Source: Octopus vulgaris
Taxonomy: Eukaryota
Reading direction: 5' to 3'
Assembly: GCA_951406725.2 (NCBI GenBank)
Contig: OX597818.1
Span: 66,712,001-66,776,000 of the forward strand
Length of the DNA stretch: 64,000 nucleotides
Part shown: in pieces, positions 1-13,171 of the stretch
Layout of the letters: the number at the start of each line of letters is the position of its first letter
Position numbering within the stretch: position 1 is the stretch's first letter
Translations under genes and position numbers: made by a program
The notes under the pieces: generated by a model
Seen by the model: the letters and a program-made list of their open reading frames with translations, nothing else
The model's database searches: none
What the model was told of the DNA's origin: nothing

Positions 1-148
1 CGAAATAAAGAGATACAGCTACCTTTACATTTCATCTACGATAAATATCGTACAGAGCGAGTGTGATAAATGCTGGACAAATTACATATAGGTGATATGG
101 GAAACAAAATTGAATATTTCGTGCACGATGTTTTTTTTAATATATGAG

Positions 149-186
<38 letters not shown>

Positions 187-187
<1 letters not shown>

Positions 188-516
188 GGCGCGGCAGTAG
201 GTGTGTGGTAAGTAGCTTACTTACCAACCCCTTGTGAGTGCATTTGTTAGACGGAAACTGAAAGAAGCCCATCGTATATATGTATATATATATGTGTGTG
301 TGCGTTTGTGTATCTGTGTTTGTACCCCCAACATCACTTGACAACCGATACTGGTGTGTTTTTTCGTCCTCGTAACATAGCAGTTCCGCAAAAGGGACCG
401 AGAGAATATTTGGGAGGCTTACAAAGGATAAGTACTGTGGTCGATTTGCTTGACTAAAGTCGGTGCTCCAGCTTGGCCACAGTCAAATGACTGAAACAAG
501 TAAAAGAGTAAAAGTA
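187..516 (+). mobile_element. tRNA-type SINE, group A (internally deleted copy)
   Basis: Head aggcgc..gtgtggtaagtagcttacttaccaacc, body ccttgtgagtg..gacggaaactgaaagaagccc, tail gtcaaatgactgaaacaagtaaaagagta; matches many other copies in the window. Confidence 0.85.
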
Positions 517-689
517 TTTTTTTTTGACCTGGCTTGATACAAACAGCTAGTAGTCATTATGACAGCTGACTTTGTCATTGCTTTTTATTCACCTAAAATA
601 CACACACACACACACGCACAAACACACTTGCCATCTTGCACACACACACACACACACGCATTCCTCTTTTGAAACTCTCTTGCCTTATA

Positions 690-939
690 AAACCATGTTT
701 CGACTACCTCTCAACTTCTGTTCTTTCAACATGTGATCTCTTGAGCACCACCAGCTCAAATATTTTTTCCTCTGTCTTCCCTTCTTGGGATCTTTCCTTC
801 TCTTTGTTTCCGACGAAGAGCTCCGCTCCAAACGTCAAACCCTCCTTCCCTTCTTTCCTGAGCGTCAATAATACTTTAATTGTTCCACGTCCTGCGTTGC
901 TGTTTTTTCCCTTTTTTTCTGTGTTTTCTTGTTTGGATA

Positions 940-947
<8 letters not shown>
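690..947 (+). mobile_element. Penelope-like pLTR-type island ending in (TA)n
   Basis: Contains a minimal hammerhead-like motif (806-840) and a pyrimidine-rich 3' part that runs into (TA)n; similar layout at 7820-7985. Confidence 0.55.
806..840 (+). ncRNA. minimal type I hammerhead ribozyme motif, mutated (G12->C)
   Basis: GTTT-CCGACGA-A-GAGC-TCC-GCTC-CAAA-CGTC-AAAC; helix I GTTT/AAAC, helix II GAGC/GCTC. Confidence 0.6.
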
Positions 948-988
<41 letters not shown>

Positions 989-1303
989 CATATAAGCGTG
1001 TATGTAGGTGCGTGTGCCTATGTATGTGTGTGTGTGAGTGAGTGGTGTGTGTATGTGTGTGTTTGTGTTGTTAAAAGGTTGAATGGGCTTCAAGGATTGA
1101 GTCTTAATATATCAGTTGTAGGCAAATCAAGAGACGTAAGTAAATATATCAGACGAGGAAGAAAAGTTGTTTAATGATTTGAAAAAGAAAATAAAAATGT
1201 AAGGATACGTCAAGGTGCAAAATACAAGAACGATTCGTAGAGGTTTTCTCAATGTTTTCAATAAATCTTTTAGCACTGTTTCATACACGAGAGACACAGA
1301 AAT

Positions 1304-1309
1304 AGAGAG

Positions 1310-1360
<51 letters not shown>
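1304..1360. repeat. (GA)n microsatellite
   Basis: Direct observation. Confidence 0.95.
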
Positions 1361-1364
<4 letters not shown>

Positions 1365-2384
1365 GTAGGAGAGAACTGGATATTTCAAGTGAACTGTTGT
1401 GGAGGAAAGTGTAAAATTTTATGACTTTAATAAACACAGTCATGACAAAATCAGAAAATTTGTTGCTGCTTTCAGCATGTTGCAACCATTCGTTTAGAGT
1501 TATACTTCTCCATACGTAACAGGTCATTGCACACGGACGGCAAACCGAAAAAACATATATTATCCCGTGTGCGTGATTTTCTGTGTTTGCGTGAGTGTAT
1601 GTGCGATGTATAGGGTGTGTATGATTTTATATTTACCTTAGCTAAACTTGCAAAGTTTCAACAACCTTAATAACAAAGTATATACTGACTTCCCAAGGAA
1701 GCACGTTTTGTATTCAATATTAATTAAATCTCACTTGTACTATAAACAAAACCGAAATGGTACACCCTAGACTATGTACCTAAAGTCTATTAGAGTTTCA
1801 CAATATGATTTCAGTTTTATATTTTAAATCTGTCAGGCAATTAAATATGGTTGAATTTTTTTATCAAGCAACAAATGACGTTCAAATCAACACTAATTTT
1901 ACAACATATTTTTTATCTGACAGTTATTGAAGTTTATGATTACAACTGAACGTATATGATTACAACCTAAAGGACATCTATATCATACTATAGACTCATT
2001 ATTTCATTGTAATTCTGAGGTGATTTGTTTTGATGCACCAATGATATATAATCAGACAATTCCTGAAAACAATAGAAAATTGAAATGAAATCGTTTTAGT
2101 ATGAAAGCTAGGAGCGCCTGTTTAAAAGATTCCTCATGATTGCCCAAAATATGTATACACGCACACACAGTTATGTCGACACGCAAAGCAGATACAAAAC
2201 CACACGTACCAGATAAAAGCACTCACACATGATGTGTACACACACATACACACACTAACGAGCCGAGACACCGATTCCTAGACAGAAAGTTTTTACCAAC
2301 AACCTGTCCTAGCATGTGTTCAGGTTGGCATATTTATTAGAAATGATGTCGTTACCGACGTTGCCCAATAGTGATTTAAGACAT

Positions 2385-2550
2385 CTCGGACTTCTCAAAT
2401 TCCACCGAGGTCGACTTTGCCTTTCATCCTTTCAGGGTCGATAAATTAAGTACCAGTGACGCACTGGGGTCGATGTAATCGACTTAATCCCTTTGTCTGT
2501 ACTTGTTTATCCTCTCTGTGTTTAGCCCCTTGTGGGCAATAGTGAAATAA
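2385..2550 (+). mobile_element. SINE group B fragment
   Basis: caaattccaccgaggtcgactttgcctttcatcctttcagggtcgataaattaagtacc..tttagccccttgtggg, matches 53006-53232. Confidence 0.85.
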
Positions 2551-2874
2551 AACATCTTGGAATTCATATATTGTGCTTTCACAAATCTTATAAGGTATAT
2601 TCGTTATCAGACCCTAGCATATTTTAATTTGCATGAAATAGAATCAAATTATTATTGAATATTATACGTAACTCAAATCAGATATAATGAATCCCACATT
2701 GTGTGTGTATGTGTGTATACGTGTGTATGTGTGTGGGTCTCTGTATGTGGTCATTTGTTTGAATGCAGTTATGCATGTACGTAATATTATGTGTGCGCAT
2801 AGTTTTTCATTGGTGCTTATTCAGAACAGTAGTTAAACACACATACACACACACATATACATGCATACTTATAT

Positions 2875-2913
<39 letters not shown>

Positions 2914-2917
2914 TACA

Positions 2918-2971
<54 letters not shown>

Positions 2972-3905
2972 AATATATATATGTGCGTATATGTGTATAT
3001 GTATATATACATGTATGTATGTGTCAGTGTGTGTATGTGTGCGTGTGCCCGCTTGTCGGACTATAAGTACAAAGCGATTGTGATAAAGAGAGTTAGGAAA
3101 TAATTTCCTAAAAAAAAGTAACGCATCCCTTAAATGAGTTATAGACTTAAGGATATAGTTCGATATCTATTTGATCTTTGCCGCTATTTTAGGACGGCGT
3201 TTAAAAAACACAACGAACTTACCTGGAGACACGCATTTTTGGAGAGAATTCTGTAGTTGAAGACTATAATTATTGATCTACAAGTAGACGGAAATTATAA
3301 TAAGTTATGTTGTTGTGTTTTCTCTAATGTTGATTACGTTAAACATGTTTGTACTCTTTTCTCCGATAACAATAACTAAATGACCGATGCTCGCGAGCAT
3401 CTTGATACTTAATCTAATCAAGTATCTCGTTTCATCTTTATTTCTCACTACCATCACACAAGTCGCTAACTTTTCCATTAACCTTGCCCAGAGCGTCTGA
3501 TTATGTTATGTTGTGTTACGATTATCATATGTATTTTTGCAGATCAGTTCTTTACTTGCCTCTCAAGAAGAAAAGTGTGTGTTAACTTACAAACGTGTAC
3601 ACTTACATCGAAAAGACGGCTGATATTGTTTTTGAGAGACTATTGGTAAAGTAATGTGTTCGACACGGCTTCTCTCTACAAATATCACTGGTTTAACAGT
3701 CTGAAAGATACTATTTCTACATTTCTGTGTTAATAGATTGACTGTCATTGGACTAGCGATTCCTTTTACTAGCATACGCACTTACAAATATCTGTATACG
3801 TATGCTTCCATCTACCTCCCTCTCTTTATTTATACATACATATACACATGCATGCATATCTACATAGACAAACTCACATACACACAGACACACAGACACA
3901 CATAG

Positions 3906-3950
<45 letters not shown>

Positions 3951-4021
3951 CATCTGTTTGTTTTGCACACCACCTGTCTTCGTCTTTTGTTTTTTTCGTG
4001 AACTCTCCCTTTCTCTCTATA

Positions 4022-4063
<42 letters not shown>

Positions 4064-4107
4064 TTGATATAAAGATATATGTATACACACACACACACAC
4101 ATACACA

Positions 4108-4182
<75 letters not shown>

Positions 4183-5256
4183 TTTGAAGACACGCATACG
4201 CAATAAAATATGTATAAATTTACCTGTCAATCAATGTTGGGAATTTGAATAATTTACTCCGCAAACCGAATTATAACTTATCATCTAATTTATGTCAAAA
4301 CTATATTTGTACAAGTATATATTTACCGGAATATCAGTTGTCAGGAATTCGGTAAAATTCAGGGTTTATTTGTTTTGTTTTCCTTTTCACTTTTTTACAC
4401 CTTATTATTTACATCCGTGTTTTGAAATCAATTCACACGGTTATCAGTGTCACTTTTCATAAATTCCTAGGTGATTTAGACAGACTATCACTAACGTCTG
4501 ACGAATGACAAATATGGAGTGTCGCCATTATATATTTTTTTCGCTTGTACTTCAAATTGTTCATCATTTCCGATTTCGAGTTAGAATTGACTGCTAGAAA
4601 AACGGACATCGGCTCCCATTGACAGGTTATACACGAGTTTAGAGCATTGCTTTGGCAACATACCTCTAAACAAATCTAAATAATTCATGAAAAACATAAG
4701 GATAGACCTAGAAGAAATATTGGTAAACCATTATATTCCGAACCCAATATACATATAAAATTATCAAATTCCTTCCCGACGCCTAGGCCCATATAAGGGT
4801 TTCATAGATTTTAAGTTATTTAACTATTCCCCTTGACGAAATGACAGTAGCAGAATCACCCACATTTTTCTGCTTGATGGCCAGTCGCAACTTGTAATCA
4901 ATGGTTTTAAAGAAGAGCACAACCCAGGAACCAGTCAAGGATTTGAGACTTCAGTCTAAAAATTACTGGCACGCATCTCCACACACACTCGTGTGTGTAT
5001 ATGCATGCATACATTGTAATATAAGTCTTGCTCCAGTCTGGTCACAGTCAAATGGCTGAAACAAGTACAAGAATATATATATATATGTGTGTGTGTGTGT
5101 GTTTGTATGTCGTGAGTTTATACATACGTCTATATACGCATATATATATATATATGTGTGTATCTATCTATCTATCTATATATATATATATATATGTGTG
5201 TATGTGTGTATATATATATATATATATACATACACACACGCACAGATACACGTATG

Positions 5257-5291
<35 letters not shown>

Positions 5292-5794
5292 GGAGGTTAT
5301 GAGAGCTAATTTTTTCATTGAGACGCAAAGGTGTCAGGTAAAGCTGAATAATTGCTATGAATAGACGATAGTTAAGCTCTATGTTCGGTGATTATGCGAA
5401 TAAGGGGTTCAACGTTGGTCATATGTGAGTGTCTGTATAGAAAATTTGTGTTTCTTAATGAGATAAAGAAACCAAGGCTGTGTAGCTTTTAGAACATTTA
5501 TAGATAGGTCTTACAGCTGTTTCCATGCAATTTATTATATCCTTTCATGGGAGACGGTGTGGGAGGATGGTTAAAAAAAAAATATATATATGTATACATA
5601 TAAAACTTTTGTAATTCCGTCGTCGAATGTACCGATAATATTTTCGGTTTATAATAATAATGTAAATATTTTCTTAATTGATCGTTGTTTGATTTCGCTT
5701 TGTGAGAAATTTTAAGCATTTGACTAGAGAAAAATATCGAATACTTTCCATTGCCATGTACATACTCATCCACTAATATACGCCGAACATAATA

Positions 5795-6155
5795 TTCTTT
5801 TATTTGTTTCAGTCATTTGACTGCGGCCATGCTGGGGCATTGCCTTTAGTCGAACCTAGGACTTATTCTTTGAAGGCCTAGTACTTATTCTCTCGGTCTC
5901 TCTTACAGGACCGTTAATTTACGGGGACGCAAACACACCAATATCCGTTGTCAGAGAGTACAAACACATACACACAAATAAATATATACGTATATGTGTG
6001 TGTGTGTACACGACATACTTCTTTCTGGTTCTGCCTACGAAATCCACTCAGAGGCCTTTGGGCAGCCCGAGGCTACAGCAAAAGACACTCGCCCAAGGTA
6101 CAACTTAGTGGGAATAAACCCGGAACCCGGAACCATGTAGTTGGTAGCTTAGCTT
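5795..6155 (-). mobile_element. SINE group A
   Basis: Reverse complement of the group A tail (tgtttcagtcatttgactgcggccatgctgg) and body. Confidence 0.85.
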
Positions 6156-7726
6156 CTCCTAACAATAATTTATAAAATATTTCCTCAGCTTCTCTGCACG
6201 GAATATATCCATACTTCCATCCCTTTCAACCAAGAAAAAGGTTTAGCCTTTCTATACAATATTGCAATAATTTAATCGTTAAAATGAATTTCAGTTTAAA
6301 ACGGTAAATGGCATGGCGTTTTGGTAGAAATATTCACAGTAATTCTAGTCCTTTAATATCACGGATATCACGAAATTCGATGAGTAATATTTCCTTCACG
6401 AAAACTCCACAAATCATTAGACATAATTTAAATGCAGGTAACACTTATAATTCTTTGTAGTAGCATGATTATTCTTCAGAATATCTTTAAGTAGATAACT
6501 CAATAATGCTTTTCTTACTATATTCACAAACGAAACGTATTCCTGATATAGCATATTTATAAATGAAATAAAGAAATATAAACATATGAATATAATTTAC
6601 ACATACCTCAAAATAAAATAGTATTTAAAAATAGCTGTAAGTAAAGAAGAAGAGGGCAGTAAAGCAGGTACTGAATGAAACACTTCTACAGCAGCTGATA
6701 ATCTCTTTCTCCACGGAAATTTGTGTTCTTCCCATTCCAGCAATACTACAACAGCAGCAACAAATAATTGCATACATAAATACGCAGCGACTAAATATAT
6801 ATTTTCGATTTCCTTCGAATAATATTATTATAAAAACGCCTAAAATCCAACAATTCTTAAATTTTTAAAATTTATATATGAATGTGTTGATTAAAATTTG
6901 TTTCCCGCAAACTTCGATTCTAAATAGAAATACTCCCAAACACCGGTTACTTAATTTTACATCGTTCATGTAAGTAATTCATTTTGAACGGTAACACACA
7001 TTTTACCCAAGTCATTCTGTTATTTGTTCACAGCGCAAAGTATTTCCAAATATTATACGAAACCTCCTAAACGATATGAATCAATATTTTAATATAAATT
7101 TAAGCAAGTTAGCAGTTTCGTTTCAATGAAATAAAAAAAAAAGAAAAATGTTTGTTTGCATTTTAGAATGCTTATTTGAAATATTATATACTCAGTTCAA
7201 AGCCATTCCATTACAGCTGCGATAAAATATGTTTGTTTTTAACAATTACTTTATCATAAAACGAACAAAAGCAATATCGTTTCAACTTATTTCCTATATT
7301 GACGTCAACGTGTCACACAACATAGATAATGTAATAACAAATGTGTCTGCTGCTACGTTGTTTCCCATTTATTCACCTAAATATTCTTCTAGCATTTTCC
7401 ACGTGATTCTTTAGTTGAAAACGTAATAGATGACTTTGGATTGATCGATGAACGTTGCAAATGTAATGCGCAAAACAAAGAGAAATTTTAATACTTATAC
7501 GTAAATGCACGTTTCAATTTTCGTGCAGCGTCATAAATAATATTAACAGGGGTTAATATATTTGCTATACACAAGGGAGGCAAAAGGATTAGCGGCCTTT
7601 CAGCCTTCTTTAGGTTCTGAGTTCAAATGTCGCGGAGGACGACATTGATTTGAAACCTTTCGGGTTCGATAAAATATATACCAAAACATATACAAAAACA
7701 TATACTAGTACATACAGACAAACATG

Positions 7727-7776
<50 letters not shown>

Positions 7777-7819
7777 TGTGTGTATGTGTGACAGATCGCA
7801 AACCACTAGACAATTTTTA

Positions 7820-7985
7820 AAATTGTTTCTCCCTGCTTATTTCTGAGTTCCTTCCTGTCGAAGAGCGTAGGCTCGAAACGTCAAAGACATTCTCACTTCC
7901 TGAGAGTTAAACTAATACATCTGTTTCTTGTTTACACACCTGTCCTCGTCTTTTATTGTTTGTTAATTCTCAAATTCTCACTCTA
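7820..7985 (+). mobile_element. Penelope-like pLTR-type island ending in (TA)n
   Basis: Minimal HHR-like motif followed by atacatctgttt..cacctgtcctcgtc, a segment also present at about 3948-4010 between TA tracts. Confidence 0.55.
7851..7886 (+). ncRNA. minimal type I hammerhead motif, core variant (CTGTCGA)
   Basis: CTTC-CTGTCGA-A-GAGC-GTAG-GCTC-GAAA-CGTC-AAAG. Confidence 0.55.
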
Positions 7986-8028
7986 TATATGTATATATAC
8001 ACACATATATATACATACACACACACAC

Positions 8029-8092
<64 letters not shown>

Positions 8093-8134
8093 CATATATG
8101 CATATATGCATACATATTTGTATACATATATGGT

Positions 8135-8505
8135 CTTTTATTCTGTTATTTTCTTATTTATTTCAGTCATTTGAATGCGGTCATAATGGATCATCAGCTT
8201 TAGTCGAATAAATTGAGCCCAAAACTTATTCTATGCATCTCTTATACCGAACCGCTGAGTTACGGTGGTGTAAACAAACACACCAACACCAGTTGTTAAC
8301 CGATGGCTTGGGTGACAAACACACAAACATACACCCCCCCATACACATACACACAAATATCTTTGTATTTAACGGACATCTTTCAGTGCCCGTCTGCCAA
8401 ATTCCCTCACAAAGCTTTGGTCGGCTCGAGGCTATAATATAAAACACTTGCCTAAGTTCCAACGCAGTGGGACTGAACCCCGGGACCATGTAGTTGGTAA
8501 GTAAT
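8135..8505 (-). mobile_element. SINE group A (diverged)
   Basis: ttcagtcatttgaatgcgg.. through cgcagtgggactgaaccccgggaccatgtagttggtaag. Confidence 0.85.
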
Positions 8506-9009
8506 GCCTGTGTGTGTATGTGCGTATGTGTTTGTGTTTCCGTGAGTATGAAATTGCGCATGAGTGCACTACCTGCTTTAGCATATATGTCTAGAATGCA
8601 ATGTAAAAATTTGTGGTATATATTGTACTTATAGATTGAGTCGTTATAAGAAATTATACCCGCATAAATCATTTGAATCAGACTATAAATACGCACAGGC
8701 CGCTCTTTACATCTTTTAGGCATATTACACAAAGTAAGAAATAGATATTAACAATTGATGTGTGTGGTAGAGTTTTGCGAGAAAGGATACTAGTATCCGC
8801 ATCGAATACATAGGAAGACAAAATGTACAAAATCCATGGAGTAATTCTAAAAGAAATTGCATACCTCAGTAAACGTGTTGTCGATATAGAAATGACGTAA
8901 CTTTACTGATCGGTTTTCAGACATCTTTATTGAATTTTGCAATAGAAAACACATATAATTATTCTTGCTATTCGTATATATGACGATAACTTATGAACAT
9001 AAAAAGACT

Positions 9010-9300
9010 GGCACTCTGATGGTTACGACGTGAGGGCAGCAGTTGATGAGATCGAGTGCAAAGCCTGCTCATGAGGAGATAACTGTACTAGTAACTGAAC
9101 ACTCCACAGACAAGGCGTACCTTCACGTCATTCTCAGGGAGATGCTTTGTGACACAGTATGTGACAAGGTTGACCATTTTGATTACACATACTACTCATA
9201 TGTGCCAGCTGAGTGGACTTGAGCAATGTGAAAGAAACCGTCTTACTCAAGGATAAAACGTGCTGCCAATATTCAATACAATCGTGAGACAAATACCCCA
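9010..9300 (-). mobile_element. SINE with group C tail (diverged)
   Basis: ggcactctgatggttacgacg..cactccacagac..gtgacaagg, homologous to 11660-11840 and 54568-54740. Confidence 0.7.
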
Positions 9301-11659
9301 CCTAGTATAGAGAAAGCAGAACACGATGAACACAATTGTGCATCTAATAGCATTCATGCGGGAGATAAGACCGAATATCTTTAATGATGGGGATGAAATT
9401 AATTACGATGATTGCATTGACTGTTACAACTACATAGGCCCAACTCTTTATACGCCTTCCCACTCAATGATGATACTAAACCTAACTTCAGCAGATGGAA
9501 TAGCGTGCCCAAAGCTACTTGAAAAGGGCAGATGGTATTAATATTTACCACTTGATGCTTTACTTTGGGGATAATAACTTATGAACAACATCGATTAAGA
9601 AAATTTACCTGGCACTTCACCGTTTTACGACGAAGTAAATCACTAAGCGACTCGCCTTCTGCCGAAAATTTAATGCAAATGCAAAGATATAAAAATGTCT
9701 AAGCCAAGAAGTGGTTGTAAAATGTCTAATTTCTATGATAACTTGTATAGCAAAATCGCTATATATATAACTAAATTAAAACTATATTATAAACACATTG
9801 AAATTTACAAGAATAAGAATAGTTAACAGATAAATTTCATGGGTGTCTATCGTTTTTCGTAAATCTCGAAATATACACTATAAGGTGTTTTATTTCATCA
9901 ATACAAATGATAGAAACTTTATATATAACTTAGAATAACTTCTATGGTTTCAATATTTTGCCATAAGTTTCATTTCCTTTGTTAACCTAACTAACACACT
10001 AATATGAACTTACCAAGTTAATTACATAACGCTGTACCCGCGCCTAATTCTGTGCTTCTGTATCTCGATCAACAGAGCAGGAAAAATGGTTCGAACTAAA
10101 TATTTAAAAGGGAATGTCTCAGCTAAAATTATAGTTTTAGATCTGAATTTATGTGAAATATACGAAAATATAATTACTTATGGGAATACAATACACATTT
10201 CTATTGGCATATTTTACATTTTATTTATATTTTTCGTCACTAGCTTTCATTCTCGATGTAATGCGTCACATAATATAATTTCAGAGGAAATTGTTTCAAT
10301 GGCGAACAATTTGTATTTGATTATGTTTCAGATGGTGGTTCTATTTCATTTTATACTCTTTTATCGCATTTTTCACTTTCAATAATATTTTATCTGTGTT
10401 CCTGGGATTTCCTCTGAAATGAAATATAACAATAGTGATACTATTTCTATTCTTCGATTTAGGAGAATTCTTTTTTTGGTTTGTTTTATTTTTTTAATTT
10501 TATAAATGGATTTTTTCAATATTGAAAATAAAATAAATGATCATTGCTTCATTATTGTAGTTTTATTTTTCTATGAATGAGAGTGAAAGCTTTGTTTTAC
10601 ATTCTGTAAAACATAACAACCGACAACAATCATAAATATATTTATGCCGACAGACATTGCCAGAAATGGCCTTTCACGCAATTTCTAATGGCAGAATCAA
10701 TAACTATATTCATTGGTGTTGATATTATTTCATGAAAATATTGGTTTTATTGTTGATATTCTCAAAACTTTGATATATGATTCAAGTTCACAATTGCTGT
10801 ATACTCAACTCATGTGTTATATATAGATTTACAAAGATTTAGTGAGCGAAGTGACGAAGGAACTCAAACTTAAGTTAACTGATACATTTCAGCGGAGTCC
10901 TTCAGCCACAAATAATTTGGACGTAAAAAATATTAAGCAATTTTGTTCTTGAATATTGCTTCATGTAAATTTATTTTAACATATTTTGAAAATTGGCACA
11001 TTTACAGTATTATGAGTGTAGTCAAACAGGATGCAGCAAAGTTCTCCTCACATTCATTATTGTTGATAATCCTAGAAAAATAGAAACACGAGATGCATAG
11101 GTTTGAATTATCATAGTAATTTTAAGAAAGTAATAAAATACGTGCGTGAAAATATCCTTAGCAGGTTTCGAACTTTTATAGCCTGCTAAGTATGGGAGAT
11201 TTTTGTGTTGCTGCCGGTACAAAACATGATGAAACATATGAATGCCTCTGATAATTTCAGTGGAATTCAATGGCTTTTTGCTTACAATAATTTCACCAGA
11301 TCTCAGGTTATGTTTTCATCCTCAATTTTTTCTTTACAGATCTCAAGCAATATCAGACTCTACAAGTTCAAAAATCTCTGCAAAAAAGAATCTTTAAAGC
11401 AGACTCAGTTCAAAATTATGTAATTCATGGCGATTTTGTTACATATTCCTTCTTGCATTAGAAGAAATATATTCGTACGTAAATGAAATTATAGAGAACA
11501 ATCTGTACTTAATTATATGGATATGTATACTTCTTTCTTTTCACTTTTACTGTTATTATCATAATTATTCTAACCATTATTATCATTACAGACAGCTATT
11601 TTAATCATTGCAATTATTGTCGATTTACTCTGTTATGTCAATAGTTTCTAATCCATCGG

Positions 11660-11840
11660 GGCACTCCGTCGGTTGCGACGATGAGGGTTCCAGTTGACCC
11701 GATCAACAGAACAGTCTGATCGTGAAATTAACGTGCAAGTGGCAAAGCACTCCACAGTCACGTGTACACTTAGCATAGTTTGAGGGGAGATTCAAAGTGA
11801 CACAGATTGCGACAAGGCTGGCCATTTGAAATACAGGCAC
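11660..11840 (-). mobile_element. SINE group C 3' portion
   Basis: ggcactccgtcggttgcgacgatgagggttccagttg..cgtgaaattaacgtgcaagtgg, near-identical to 54568-54730. Confidence 0.8.
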
Positions 11841-11849
11841 AGATTTTAG

Positions 11850-12003
11850 AACAGGGAACGACCGATGAAGGGATTGCTCTTCATATTGCCTGCCTCATCT
11901 CTGTGTTTGTTTCTTTCGTTGTTCGAAAAATTTCGTTTTCCATGTATTTGTTTTTCATGTTCTCTTTCGTGTTGTTCACGTGTTGTTGACGTCCTGTACC
12001 CCT
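11850..12003 (+). mobile_element. dispersed repeat beside TA/CA tracts (gggaac..gaag..tgttgcctgtc family)
   Basis: Homologous copies at about 21030-21135 and 38845-39000. Confidence 0.65.
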
Positions 12004-12152
12004 ATATGTATGCTTATATACATATATCAGTAGGTATGTACATTTATGTACGTATATATGCATATATATATACATATATATATATGTATATATATATATG
12101 TATATATAGATCAATAAATGGTGGGGTTGTGTTGACCGCACGTGGAGAAATG

Positions 12153-12739
12153 ATAAGTAAGGAAAAATTTTTTTAAAAATGCAGAATGCTCAAATGAAAG
12201 AAAATTTTAATAAAATGATAAAATGATAAAATATATAAATATATATTTGTTCCACGTACGTTTCGAGATCAAGTTTTAGGATAGCATAAGAATTAGAAAA
12301 TTCTACTTTACCCAAACTTCTTCTCTCATCGGCGCAGGATACCACAATTATGAATAATTGTATATTAAATTTTGAGATACTAGAATGCATCATCTCAACT
12401 CAGTGTCAGAGCGAGCCAAAGCATAACCAGTACCACGAAATTCCAAACTTTGAATTTCGTGGTACTGGTCATGCTTTGGCTCGCTCTGACACTGAGTTGA
12501 GATGATGCATTCTAGTATCTCAAAATTTAATATACAATTATTCATAATTGTGGTATCCTGCGCCGATGAGAGAAGAAGTTTGGGTAAAGTAGAATTTTCT
12601 AATTCTTATGCTATCCTAAAACTTGATCTCGAAACGTACGTCGAACAAATATATATTTATATATTTTATCATTTTATCATTTTATTAAAATTTTCTTTCA
12701 TTTGAGCATTCTGCATTTTTTAAAAAATTTTTCCTTACT

Positions 12740-12742
<3 letters not shown>
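12153..12742. repeat. 590-bp near-perfect palindrome (inverted duplication of an HHR-bearing element)
   Basis: Arms of about 291 bp centred at 12447.5, spacer of 8 nt or less, 3 mismatches found by eye; identical 67-aa ORFs on opposite strands (12190-12393 and 12502-12705); right arm ends in (TA)n. Confidence 0.95.
12563..12642 (+). ncRNA. hammerhead-like motif in right palindrome arm (helix I weak)
   Basis: CCGATGA-GAGA..long helix II (AAGTTT/AAACTT, AGAATT/AATTCT)..TCTC-GAAA-CGTACG-TC; mirror copy at 12253-12332 (-) ends in GTG instead of GTC. Confidence 0.65.
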
Positions 12743-12790
<48 letters not shown>

Positions 12791-12799
12791 TATATATAT

Positions 12800-13148
12800 G
12801 CTAGTAGTCGGGTTTAACACATAGTCCCACATCGCTGCAGACCTCGATTAAATTCAGGCGACTCGCTGATGAAGCTGGCCTTAGCAAACATATTCTGTGT
12901 TTTGCTAGAAAGAAGCAGAAACCGCGGTACGAGTTGTTAAAGTTATCGGTAAACGTTTTTGATTTTCACTCTCGATAAGTTCATCCCCTTTTTGTGTTCC
13001 CAGCACTCGGCATCTCTATTTAGGAGCCCTTAATTGTATAACTACATGAATAATATTTTTCTATATGAATAATATTTTTGTCTTACGACTAATTCGTCTT
13101 TTGTGCTGGGCACCTGGTAGTAAATAATATTACTACCCTTCTTGTTTA
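12800..13148 (+). mobile_element. HHR-bearing Penelope-like/retrozyme-like island flanked by (TA)n on both sides
   Basis: TA tracts at about 12743-12799 and 13148-13172; internal HHR at 12857-12938. Confidence 0.7.
12857..12938 (+). ncRNA. type I hammerhead ribozyme
   Basis: Helix I GGCGACTCG/CGAGTTGTT, core CTGATGA, helix II GCT..TAGCAAA..TTTGCTA..AGC, GAAA, palindromic CCGCGG, cleavage triplet GTA. Confidence 0.8.
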
Positions 13149-13171
13149 TATATATATATATATATATATAT

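Noticed and set aside
1100-1560. Possible promoter or 5' UTR exon around the (GA)n tract
   Set aside because: No supportable splice structure or coding exon from sequence alone.
4495-4530. CTGACGA followed by a TGACA/TGTCG stem
   Set aside because: No GAAA, helix III or helix I, so not a hammerhead.
12190-12705. Two identical 67-aa ORFs as duplicated genes
   Set aside because: By-product of the palindrome; no recognisable protein motif.
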